Shown: positions 53,561-62,642 of the stretch, piece by piece
Layout: each line of letters starts with the position of its first letter
Numbering within the stretch: the stretch's first letter is position 1
Source of the DNA: Dehalococcoidia bacterium
GTDB taxonomy: Bacteria > Chloroflexota > Dehalococcoidia > Lucifugimonadales > JADFKI01
Assembly (NCBI GenBank): GCA_965214635.1
Contig: OZ243964.1
Span: 1,939,696 to 2,003,695 of the forward strand
DNA: 64,000 nt
Direction: 5' to 3'
Notes under the pieces: model-generated
Told to the model about the DNA's origin: nothing
The model's input: only the letters and a program-made list of their open reading frames with translations
Databases searched by the model: none
Made by a program: the position numbers and the translations under genes

Positions 53561-54700
53561 CTAGATACATGCCAGCGCCTTGCGGATGGACGCATCGAAC
53601 TCGGTGCGCTGCCAGCGGCGGATTTCGGGGGCGCACAGCTCGGCGTCGATGGTGTCGGGGTTGTGCGCCAAGCGGCGCAGGCTCTTCATGTGCCACAGCA
53701 GGGCGGGGTCAAGTTTTAGGCGTTCTGCGTGCGTTCTGCGCCACGCCTTGAGGCTGTTAAGCCGCAGGTCTGCGCTCTTCTTGTCTTGCTTATCGTGGTG
53801 CGATAGGCGTGTGCTCTTGTGCTGTCGCGGGCGTGTTGGTGGTTCAGCGCTTCTGCCCTTGTCGATGGCGCGGCGGATGCCGGCGGCACGGCTGCCACGC
53901 GCAAATCCGCCCAGCCCTCGCACGCTGCGCAGGTTGGCGCTGGGCGCTGCCGCAAGACTGACCAGCGCGCTGTCGGGGATTACGCGGAAGTGTGGTCTGC
54001 CCATGTGGACGGCGTGCCGCTCGCGGTAGTCCACCAATGCTTGGAGGATGGCAAGTCCCCTGCGGCTGAGGGTGCGCCAGCCCTTCACATTGAACACTGC
54101 CATAGACTGGTCGGTCGGTTCGTAGCGCAGCTGCGCCAGCCGCTCGCACTCTTCGGACACCCAAGCCGTTCGCCCGAGATGGCGCAGCCTGTCTGCTAGC
54201 GCATCCCGCAGGCGCAGCAGGTGGCGCACATCGTCGGCGGCGTATGAGAGCGCTTGCGGCCTGAGCGGTCGTATCGTCCAGTCCGAGCGCTGGATGCGCT
54301 TGTTCTTGGTGATGACCACGCCCAGCACGATTTCGAGCACAGCGCCCAGCCCTAGCCGCTTTATGCCTGTGAATGCGGCGGCTATTTGCGTGTCGAACAG
54401 GGCGTTGATGCGAAATCCGTAGTCGCGGTCTAGGCTGATGATGTCGTGGCTGCCGGCGTGCAGAACGGTCTCTGCGGACGGGTTGGCGAGCGCTGCGCCC
54501 AGTGCGTCCATGTCGCTGACGGCGAGCGGGTCTATCAGATATACGGTGTGAGGCGTGGCAACCTGCACAAGGCAGATGCGCTCCGGATACCGGAAGAAGC
54601 CGTTGGATTCGATGTCGACGGCGATGCGGGGTGCGGCGGCTATATCGGCTGCGGCTTGGTGAAATCGGTCGTCGTCCACGAACACAAACGCATCAGGCAC
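53561..54700 (-). CDS. rnd: ribonuclease D-like 3'-5' exonuclease with HRDC domain
   Basis: DEDD exonuclease blocks (IAVDIESNGF, LHAGSHDI, YAADDVRHL) and a C-terminal HRDC-like segment. GTG start. Confidence 0.8.
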   Translation of the reverse strand: MPDAFVFVDDDRFHQAAADIAAAPRIAVDIESNGFFRYPERICLVQVATPHTVYLIDPLAVSDMDALGAALANPSAETVLHAGSHDIISLDRDYGFRINALFDTQIAAAFTGIKRLGLGAVLEIVLGVVITKNKRIQRSDWTIRPLRPQALSYAADDVRHLLRLRDALADRLRHLGRTAWVSEECERLAQLRYEPTDQSMAVFNVKGWRTLSRRGLAILQALVDYRERHAVHMGRPHFRVIPDSALVSLAAAPSANLRSVRGLGGFARGSRAAGIRRAIDKGRSAEPPTRPRQHKSTRLSHHDKQDKKSADLRLNSLKAWRRTHAERLKLDPALLWHMKSLRRLAHNPDTIDAELCAPEIRRWQRTEFDASIRKALACI

Positions 54701-54824
54701 GGGCAGGCGACTCCATTGGCTTCATCCCCTTCCCTAGTGGGCGCAAGAGTAGGCACAAGATAGGCATCACAAAGGCGCATTTCATACATTATGGGCGTCA
54801 AGGGCATCGCGGGTATTCTGCGCC

Positions 54825-55499
54825 TTATGGCTCGCTGCGGTCCCAGCCGTCTAGCATGTGGTAGCCGATGGGCGGGGTTTCCACGACGGTGGGCAAGCCC
54901 TGTGCGCGCTTGAGCCGCTGGATGTTGTACAGGTGGGTGGTCTCTTCGAAGTACATGTGGCGGATGGTGGCTTCGAGTGAGGTGGTCTCGGTCCCTGCGT
55001 CCGCGTCAACGCTGGTGGTGTTGGGGTATACGCGGTTCATCTGGGCGCGGGTGGGGCTGTACTCCACTGTGAGCGTGTTGGAGCGCAGGAAGCCCACATT
55101 GCGCTCGGCAAGCACGCGCTGGGTTAGTGCGATGCCTTCCTGCAGCTTGGCGAGTATGTCCCCAATATCGTGGTAGCGGCTTGCGTCCAGCGCGCGGTCG
55201 GTTGGGGACTGCGCCAGCCCGTACAGGTCTTCTACGCCGTGCTCGCCATCTGGGAATAGGGTGTCGCCCCAGCGCAGCAACATCCAGCGAAACAGCAGCG
55301 ACGCCATGTGGCTAGCCTGTCGCCGTATGCTCCACTCTGCCCACCCCCAGCGCTCGGATGTCCAGTCCAGCTGCTCGTCCGTCAGCCCGTCAACCTCCGC
55401 CTCTATGAGCGCATACAGCCCGCCGAATTCGGGGAACATTGCGCTGCCGGGGGCATCGTCCGGGATCTCTTGCGTGGGATGTTCGGGTTGGTCAGTCAT
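54825..55499 (-). CDS. DinB-family (DinB_2-like) protein
   Basis: 224 aa. LTDEQLDW..SIRRQASHMAS .. IRHMYFEETTHLYNIQ suggests the His triad of the DinB four-helix bundle. Confidence 0.5.
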   Translation of the reverse strand: MTDQPEHPTQEIPDDAPGSAMFPEFGGLYALIEAEVDGLTDEQLDWTSERWGWAEWSIRRQASHMASLLFRWMLLRWGDTLFPDGEHGVEDLYGLAQSPTDRALDASRYHDIGDILAKLQEGIALTQRVLAERNVGFLRSNTLTVEYSPTRAQMNRVYPNTTSVDADAGTETTSLEATIRHMYFEETTHLYNIQRLKRAQGLPTVVETPPIGYHMLDGWDRSEP

Positions 55500-55695
55500 T
55501 AGGCGCTCCGAGAAAGTTTTTGTGTGTCAGACTTTGGCAATCGCCAGGATTGGTTGGGCGATTGGGATGCAGCATCGTCCCCCCGCAGCATCGTCCATCC
55601 GAGGTTATGTTATCACATACTGCGGCGATACTCCCAAACATCCCCCTAGCGGTGTGTCCCCGTTACATGACACGCTGATAGCCGGTATCGGGAGG

Positions 55696-56616
55696 CTACA
55701 CCACGAACAGCGGTTCGTCCTGTGTGATGATGCGCGATTCTACGGCGACAGCGCGGCGCAGGAACTTTGGGATGGCGAACATGCTGCGATGCGTTTCGCC
55801 GTCATAGTAGCGTAGCTCGCCCGTGATGCGTTCTGCGATGCGGCGGTCTATCTCGGCGGCGGGCAGCGCTAGCGCTGCGGTGTCCTCAGTGCCGATGACG
55901 AAGCCCCATGTCGTCCCGAACGCAGGAACGAACGCCTCCGACAGTGTCGCTGCCGGAAACACCGAGCCTATCGTTCGCGCCACGGCAGAGAAGCACTGCT
56001 CGTAGAACGCTTGCCCCGTAGGTCCGGACTGCGCCACGATGACGCCGTTGGCGTTCAGCCGTGAGCGCAGCAGCCGATAGAACTCTTGCGTGAACAGGCG
56101 GTAGGCAGGCCCTGCCTCCAGCGGGTCGGGCACATCGATGATTGCCACATCGAAGCGCTCGGTGGTGCGTTCTAGGTAGGCGTAGGCGTCGCCAATGTGC
56201 AGCTGCAGGCGCGGGTCGTCGAATGCGCCTTGGTGGTGGTTCGGCAGGTATCGCTTGCATAGTTCGACCACCTGCTCGTCGAGATCTGCCATCACCACGC
56301 GCTCTATGGCGGTGTGGCGCAGCGCCTCGCGTGCGGTTGCGCCCTCGCCGCCGCCGGCGATGAACACGCTGCTCGGCGACGGATGCGCCACCATGCACGG
56401 CTGCACCAGCGCCTCGTGATACACGAACTCGTCCGCCTCCGTGGACTGCGTCTTGTCGTCCAAGACGAGCGTTCTGCCGAAGCAGGCGCCATCGTGGATG
56501 CGGATGTGCTGATACGCCGAGTCGCCTTCGTACAGCACGCGCTCTATGTGCTCTGCCTGTATCAGGCGGGGCGTAATCAGCTCGTAATGCCAGTTGCCTT
56601 TGGGGGGAGTGTTCAT
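55696..56616 (-). CDS. speE: polyamine aminopropyltransferase (spermidine synthase)
   Basis: YQHIRI.., VFIAGGGEGATAREALRH, DVAIIDVPDP. Confidence 0.88.
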   Translation of the reverse strand: MNTPPKGNWHYELITPRLIQAEHIERVLYEGDSAYQHIRIHDGACFGRTLVLDDKTQSTEADEFVYHEALVQPCMVAHPSPSSVFIAGGGEGATAREALRHTAIERVVMADLDEQVVELCKRYLPNHHQGAFDDPRLQLHIGDAYAYLERTTERFDVAIIDVPDPLEAGPAYRLFTQEFYRLLRSRLNANGVIVAQSGPTGQAFYEQCFSAVARTIGSVFPAATLSEAFVPAFGTTWGFVIGTEDTAALALPAAEIDRRIAERITGELRYYDGETHRSMFAIPKFLRRAVAVESRIITQDEPLFVV

Positions 56617-56711
56617 CGGTTAAGAGCTTAAAAGTTAAGGATGAGGTTGGTTGCGGGTAGCCTTTGATTCGGCGATGAGCGGCGCTCTATTTTTTAATCG
56701 AGCGAGGGTTA

Positions 56712-57098
56712 TCACAGGCTGCGGATTGAGAATGCGGGGGTTGATGCGCCGCGCTGGATTTCGTTGATGTGATGGCGGCGGCAACGAAGGCTGTCTACGA
56801 TGACATCGGCGGCGGCGTACGGCTTGAACTCCGCGCTGCAGGTGAATATGTCGGCGGCGGCGTAGGCGTACTCGGGCCAAGTGTGGATGCTGATGTGCGA
56901 TTCGGCTATGGACACGATGCCGGTTACGCCCATGGGCGAGAACTTGTGGAACACCTCGCCCACGATGGTTGCACCTGCCTCACGCGCGGCGGACAGCAGC
57001 GCCTGCTTGACGATGCGCAGGTCGTCCAGCATCGCCGGGTCGCATTCCTCGAGTTCCAGCAGCAGGTGTGTTCCCAAATTCGCGGGTCTTGTGTTCAA
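56712..57098 (-). CDS. speH: S-adenosylmethionine decarboxylase proenzyme (SpeH type)
   Basis: GTHLLLELEECD and the self-processing site SIAESHISIHTWPEY. TTG start 8 nt after GGAGGA. Confidence 0.9.
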   Translation of the reverse strand: MNTRPANLGTHLLLELEECDPAMLDDLRIVKQALLSAAREAGATIVGEVFHKFSPMGVTGIVSIAESHISIHTWPEYAYAAADIFTCSAEFKPYAAADVIVDSLRCRRHHINEIQRGASTPAFSIRSL

Positions 57099-57289
57099 TC
57101 ACCCGTCCTCCGTCTTGATGATGCTCTATCGTAATGGCTTTATGGCTTTATGGCTTTGCGGCGTTGCGCATGAAAATGGGCATACATTATACAGCACGGC
57201 GTTGGGGGCATGGCGGTGTCCGTGCTTGATGTGAGCGGACACCGCACTTGGGGCGTGAACGCCGGATGGGCTGCGATTTGCCGAGCGGC

Positions 57290-58621
57290 TTACCCTTCTA
57301 GTTGGCGCACGGTCTTGGGCAGGCGAGTGAACATGAGCAGCACAGCGCCCGCCGCCACCATTGCGCCGGCGTATACGAACGAGTTGGAAGTGGTGGTGTA
57401 GTCCACGATGATGCCGGCGATGAACGGCGAGAACGCCCCGAGGAACGACGCCCCGTATATCAGCGATACCACGGTGGACTGCGCCTCGCCCTCTGCCACA
57501 TCCATTGCGGCGGCGATGTATATGGCGTGAAGCGCATACAGGAATGCGCCCATCGCAAGCCCGATGATGCCGAACTGCAAGCCGGGCAGCGCAATGGACA
57601 CCCCGAGTATGCTGAGCGTCAAGGTGTCGCCTGTGGGGGCGAATTTCAGCGCCACCATCAGTATGGCGAGCGCCATTGTCGTCGGTACAAGCACCGCCTT
57701 GTGCCCGAACCTGTCCGCCAAGTAGCCCATCGTCGGCTGCGCCAGTATGCCCACGAACTGGATCGCCGCTATGAACAGCCCGATGACTATTGCCGAAATG
57801 CCCTGATCTTCCAAAAGGTACACGGGTAGGAACGCCATGATTGCGCCCTGCCCCATGCTGCGCAGCGCGGTTATCACCACGAGCGCAATCATGGCGCGCC
57901 GCCGAAGCAGTACCCACAGCGCCGCAAAGTAGTCCCCAAGCGACTTTGTCTCGGTGCTTGCGGTGGGGATGTTCCGCATCATCAGGTATATCAGCACCCC
58001 GCACAGCAGCGCTGGCAGGACGCTAATCCGCAACACATCGTCCCACTCGAAAGCCACAAGATACACGCCGCTGATGAGAGCGCCCGTCAGCACAGGCCCC
58101 ACCACCTCGCCCACGCTGCCGCCTGTGCCGTGCAGCGATATGGCGAAGCTGCGCCTGTCCGGGAACTTGCGCGACAGCGATGCGATGGCGGGGGAGTGAT
58201 ACAGCGATGGGCCGATGCCCACCAGCAGCATCGCCGCCAGTAGCAGCCAGTAGTTTGGCGCACTGCCGAGCAGGAAGTACGATATGCCCATCATGCCCAA
58301 CGACAGCATCAGCATGATGCCGGAGCGGTTGGCGAAGCGGTCGCCGAGGTAGCCCGCCACCATCGTGGTTGCGCCGCTGGTAACGCGCCCGGATGTGGAC
58401 AGCAGCCCGAACTGCGCGCCGCTCAGCCCGAGGTCGTCCTTCATCACCGCCAGCAAGATGCTCTGCAAGCCGGAGTTGTAGATGTGCTTGATGGCGTGTC
58501 CCAGCACCACCGTAGTTGCAAGCCTGTTCCTGCCGCGCCGTACATCGGCGGATACCGGAGGGATTCTTACCGTCGCCAAATCGTTTATCTCCTTGAGTTG
58601 AGTGTCTGTTCTCCCTTTCAA
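57290..58621 (-). CDS. MFS transporter
   Basis: 443 aa, about 12 TM segments, MFS-like loop GYLGDRFANR. TTG start is uncertain. Confidence 0.85.
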   Translation of the reverse strand: MKGRTDTQLKEINDLATVRIPPVSADVRRGRNRLATTVVLGHAIKHIYNSGLQSILLAVMKDDLGLSGAQFGLLSTSGRVTSGATTMVAGYLGDRFANRSGIMLMLSLGMMGISYFLLGSAPNYWLLLAAMLLVGIGPSLYHSPAIASLSRKFPDRRSFAISLHGTGGSVGEVVGPVLTGALISGVYLVAFEWDDVLRISVLPALLCGVLIYLMMRNIPTASTETKSLGDYFAALWVLLRRRAMIALVVITALRSMGQGAIMAFLPVYLLEDQGISAIVIGLFIAAIQFVGILAQPTMGYLADRFGHKAVLVPTTMALAILMVALKFAPTGDTLTLSILGVSIALPGLQFGIIGLAMGAFLYALHAIYIAAAMDVAEGEAQSTVVSLIYGASFLGAFSPFIAGIIVDYTTTSNSFVYAGAMVAAGAVLLMFTRLPKTVRQLEG

Positions 58622-58741
58622 TGAGAGCGATTAGGGATCGCGGTCAGGGATAGAGGGCAGGCATGTTTCTCATGATGGGACTGGCTTTGCACTCACGCAA
58701 AAAATCTGCGCAGTCCGCTGTGAGCGTAAGCAGAGTCAGCG

Positions 58742-59110
58742 TCAGTTCCGCACCACTAGCGTGCTAATTATCTTGTCGTGCAGCGCCTTGTTGTCTTTGT
58801 CGAACAATGGCCAAAGATAGTTCACCACCGGATATATTCCCAGTGTTACGCCCGCTAGGAATCCGGCAAGCAGGAATTTAACGATGAACTCCCGCACGAA
58901 CATGATTCCCCATCCGCAATCTTCGCCCGTGTCTTTGATTACCCGAATGCCTAGTATCTGCTTGCCGGGCGTCTGCCCCTTGCCAAGCACAATCAGCCAC
59001 CAGATGAAGTATCCGATGAAGAGCGTCAGAGGGACCAGAATAATGTCTAGCAGAAGTGCGAACCCCCGCTGCAGGTATGTAGCAAGTGTGTGGTCGTGTT
59101 GAGTTTGCAT
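58742..59110 (-). CDS. RDD-family membrane protein (second copy)
   Basis: 122 aa. RGFALLLDIILV.., GQTPGKQILGIRVI, C-terminal ALHDKIISTLVV. Lower GC than its flanks. Confidence 0.7.
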   Translation of the reverse strand: MQTQHDHTLATYLQRGFALLLDIILVPLTLFIGYFIWWLIVLGKGQTPGKQILGIRVIKDTGEDCGWGIMFVREFIVKFLLAGFLAGVTLGIYPVVNYLWPLFDKDNKALHDKIISTLVVRN

Positions 59111-59160
59111 GTTTGCACCTCCGGATTAGGGTTTCACGCTATCGCTAGATATTGAGGGGA

Positions 59161-59844
59161 TTATACGCCGAATATGTCGGCGAGCGCATCTATGTCGGCG
59201 GCGACGGCGTCGGGCGTTTCGGCAGCGGAGCGCGCCATCTGCGTCCGTGAAGGGCCTTGGAGCATCCGCACGGTAGCGAAGCCGAGCGCCTTTGCGGGCG
59301 CAATGTCGTTGTCCAGCCGATCGCCTATCATCGCCGCATCGCTGGGAGCGCATCCCGCTTCTTCCAGCGCAAGCCAGAATATGCGCTCATCCGGCTTGCT
59401 CAAACCCGCCTCCGCTGAGCTGATGCACACGCGAAAGAAGCGGCGCATCCCGTAGGCGCGCAGGCGTTCTTCTGTGCCGGGCGGTTGGTTGGATATGATG
59501 CCGAGTTCGTAGCGCGCGGACAGCCGTTCCAGCGTTTCGATGGCGCGCGGGTATGGCGCTTCAAGTTCCTTCGAGTATCTGCCGGACTGCCGCACGAATG
59601 CGATGATTTCGGGGTCGTCCGTAAAGGCGCGCAGCACATTGGCGAACGGGTTCGGGTCGAAGCGGGCGCTGGCGTCTTCTAGTGCACGGCGCAGTGCAGA
59701 GGGCGACGCCGTGATGCCGCGCATCGCAAGGGCTTCGGACGCTTGGCGCAGCCGCCCCATCGCCGCTGCTTCTTCGTCTATCAGCGTATAGCCCAGATCG
59801 AAGAACAGCCACCGTATCCTGTCGATGTCAAGCGATGTGGTCAA
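59161..59844 (-). CDS. HAD-superfamily hydrolase
   Basis: Motif I LFFDLGYTL, motif II ISNQ, motif IV GDRLDNDI. TTG start. Confidence 0.8.
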   Translation of the reverse strand: MTTSLDIDRIRWLFFDLGYTLIDEEAAAMGRLRQASEALAMRGITASPSALRRALEDASARFDPNPFANVLRAFTDDPEIIAFVRQSGRYSKELEAPYPRAIETLERLSARYELGIISNQPPGTEERLRAYGMRRFFRVCISSAEAGLSKPDERIFWLALEEAGCAPSDAAMIGDRLDNDIAPAKALGFATVRMLQGPSRTQMARSAAETPDAVAADIDALADIFGV

Positions 59845-59918
59845 TTAAGAATTAGCCCGTTGCCCTAAAAGCCGATGTAAAGCCTAGTGGGATTATACAC
59901 CCGAATCTCGCAAGTGCG

Positions 59919-60515
59919 TTACGGGTTGAGCACGGGCTTGCCGTCTATCATCGTGTACATCGCCTGCAGCTCGTAGCCGCGCTCTTGCAGCCTGTCCGTG
60001 CCGCCCTCACGGCGGTCAAGGATACACCATACTGCCGCAATGGGGTTGCCCTGCGCTTCCACAGCGTCGATTGCCTGCAGGATGGAGCCGCCGCCGGTTA
60101 CCACATCGTCGATGATGGCAACCGGCGCGTTCGAGTTCTTGGGGAAGTTGCCCTCGATCAAGTTCTGTGTGCCGTGCGTCTTGGCTTCTTTTCGCACATA
60201 AAACCCCGGCAGTGGCTCGCCGTTGTGGGCGCTCAGCAGCGTAATCGCCGACACGATGGGGATTGCGCCCAATGCCATCCCGCCGACTGCCACCACGCCG
60301 CTACCGACAAGCTTGTCCAAGAAGTACGCCCCGACAGCCGCCGCACCCTTTGGGTCGAGCGTGAGTAACTTGCTGTCGAAGTAGTATGAGCTGGTCTTGC
60401 CCGAACTCAAGGTGAACTCGCCATACAGCAGCGCCCCCGAATCGGTCAGCAAGTTCGACATGTCCCCATCGTATGTGGTCAGGCTGCCGTCCGCCGGTAG
60501 AGTCAATGTAGCCAT
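59919..60515 (-). CDS. pyrE: orotate phosphoribosyltransferase
   Basis: LYGEFTLSSGKTSSYYFD, and the PRPP loop VAIIDDVVTGGGS. Confidence 0.92.
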   Translation of the reverse strand: MATLTLPADGSLTTYDGDMSNLLTDSGALLYGEFTLSSGKTSSYYFDSKLLTLDPKGAAAVGAYFLDKLVGSGVVAVGGMALGAIPIVSAITLLSAHNGEPLPGFYVRKEAKTHGTQNLIEGNFPKNSNAPVAIIDDVVTGGGSILQAIDAVEAQGNPIAAVWCILDRREGGTDRLQERGYELQAMYTMIDGKPVLNP

Positions 60516-60797
60516 AGTGCGATGCTCCGAGCCGTCAAGTAATTTTTGTCTTGCTGATTGATGGTAGCATTAATATTAACAATGAATGGTAATGGGTAAG
60601 TGTAAAGCAAGTTGCCGTAGGATTAAAGGCTTTTTTGAACTCGAGAGAAGTGCTTTGCACACTGATGAGGATGATGCCGTGCGGATGTGCGCCACTTGAC
60701 CCTTTTCACTCGAAACCCGTATATTGACGATGAGCATCTTGTGCACAGGCGCTCTGTATCTCTGTATCAGGGAATAATTCATTTCGGGAGGTGAATT

Positions 60798-61688
60798 ATG
60801 GCATTTGGAAGTGGCGATTACATCTATGAAGTCGATGAGGGATGGGGCAAGCTGCCGGATGGCTTTGAGTTCAAGCAGGTGGCGGATGTTGCGGTGGACA
60901 GCGCGGACAATGTGTATGTCTATAATCGCGGCACGCATAACCTTGTCATATTCGACCGAGAGGGCAACTATCTGCGCTCGTGGGACTTGCAGCACAAAGA
61001 GCCACACGGCATCTGTGTGGACGACGCCGGGAATGTGTATATGGCGGACCGCGATTCGCATGTGGTAGAGAAGCGCGACTCGGAGGGCGGGCTGCTGCTC
61101 ACACTTGGCACGCGCGACAAGCCCTCCGACACGGGCGAGCAGAGCGAGCGCTTCTTGGTGGAGAAGCCGGGCGACCCGTTCAACATGCCCACGGGCATAA
61201 CGGTGAGCGGCGAAGGCGATTTGTACATCTCGGACGGTTACAGCAACTGTCGCGTGCACCATTACAACGCCAGCGGCTCGCTGATGAACTCTTGGGGAGT
61301 GCCGGGCAAGCTTAACCCCGGCGACTTCCACCTGCCGCACGGCATCGGCATTGACAGGCACGGGCGCGTTATCGTCGCCGACCGCGAGAACCACCGCATA
61401 CAGGTTTTCGACGAGAACGGCGAGTTCCAGCAGATATGGAGCGGTTTCCGTCAGCCCACATCGGTGGCGTTCGGCCCGGACGGGGAGATCTATGTGCCCG
61501 AGCTTCAGCACCGGGTCAGCATCATAGACGAAGAGGGCAACCTGCTGGCACGCTGGGGCGACGAGCATAGCCACGAGCCGGGGCTGTTCTACGCGCCGCA
61601 CGGTATGGCGATAGACTCGCACGGCGACATCTATGTGGGCGAGGTGCTAGAGGGCCAGCGCATCCAGAAGTTCATCCGCCAGCGGTAG
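60798..61688 (+). CDS. NHL-repeat beta-propeller protein (peptidylglycine amidating lyase-like)
   Basis: Repeated blocks: PHGICVDDAGNVYMADRDSHVV, PTGITVSGEGDLYISDGYSNCRV, PHGIGIDRHGRVIVADRENHRIQ, PTSVAFGPDGEIYV, PHGMAIDSHGDIYV. Confidence 0.8.
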   Translation: MAFGSGDYIYEVDEGWGKLPDGFEFKQVADVAVDSADNVYVYNRGTHNLVIFDREGNYLRSWDLQHKEPHGICVDDAGNVYMADRDSHVVEKRDSEGGLLLTLGTRDKPSDTGEQSERFLVEKPGDPFNMPTGITVSGEGDLYISDGYSNCRVHHYNASGSLMNSWGVPGKLNPGDFHLPHGIGIDRHGRVIVADRENHRIQVFDENGEFQQIWSGFRQPTSVAFGPDGEIYVPELQHRVSIIDEEGNLLARWGDEHSHEPGLFYAPHGMAIDSHGDIYVGEVLEGQRIQKFIRQR

Positions 61689-61952
61689 TTTTTGCTTTTT
61701 AGTCGTTGGTAATCAGTAATCAATTGGTCAGTATCTCGCCATCAATTTTGAGCAGATTTCTGACAGCCTGTGCTGACCATTGATTAACTGACTGCCTTTT
61801 GGAACTTATGAAGATATCTCCTGTTTATGTGAGTGCTGTAGAGACATCGGGCTATCGTAATGAAGAAGATTTCGCTTTTTGATTAGAGGTGAAGTCAATT
61901 AATGTTCACGCATCCACCCAATCAAGGGTCTACTGAAATCTGAGGTATCGCT

Positions 61953-62642
61953 ATGGCATACAATAGAATGACGCCTAATGCTAAATTCGAATACCTGAAA
62001 AGCCTTTATCTTGAGCGTTCACAAGACAATGATAGGGCGTATGAAGAAATGCCCGAGATATTTGAAGACGCCCGTGAAACGATAGAAGAGGATGCTAGAA
62101 GGGCGGGGAAAACGGATACAGGACAAGTGTGGCGGGCATGGAAAGGGAAAAATTATGAAAAACTTGTAAACTTCATCGTTTCTGATTGGATAGAAAGCGA
62201 ACTCCCCTTGAAAGTCATTGAAGGTTCACGACTTGAAAGGCGCCAGATTACTGACGATGTGCTGAGTAAAGTAAAGCGTAATCTGTTAGTTGATTTTGGT
62301 GTCCAAGGTTGCTTCCTTCCTGATGCCGATATTGTAGTCTATGATCCTCAGAATTCTTCTGTAAAAGCAATTATATCTTGCAAAACCAGTTTGCGAGAAC
62401 GCGTAGCACAGACAGGATTTTGGAAACGAAAATTAATGGACGATCCTGTAACCCGGCATATCAAGACATTCTTCGCGACTACTGATGGCGATTCGGATTT
62501 TTTCAAGGACAGGATTACCAAAGGCGCTGCAATTGCAATAGAAGAGTTGGACGCAGTTTATGTTGTCCGTAAAGATTTAATTGAACGATATAATGTTAGA
62601 ACATTGGACAAGATAATCGAGGAGCTTCGGAAGTGTCTGTAG
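61953..62642 (+). CDS. putative type II restriction endonuclease (PD-(D/E)xK-like)
   Basis: 229 aa in an AT-rich island. GAGGT RBS. Candidate catalytic block LPDADIVVYD..VKAIISCKTSLRER (D ... S/E-x-K). Overlaps the downstream methyltransferase gene by 10 nt. Family not recognised with certainty. Confidence 0.5.
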   Translation: MAYNRMTPNAKFEYLKSLYLERSQDNDRAYEEMPEIFEDARETIEEDARRAGKTDTGQVWRAWKGKNYEKLVNFIVSDWIESELPLKVIEGSRLERRQITDDVLSKVKRNLLVDFGVQGCFLPDADIVVYDPQNSSVKAIISCKTSLRERVAQTGFWKRKLMDDPVTRHIKTFFATTDGDSDFFKDRITKGAAIAIEELDAVYVVRKDLIERYNVRTLDKIIEELRKCL

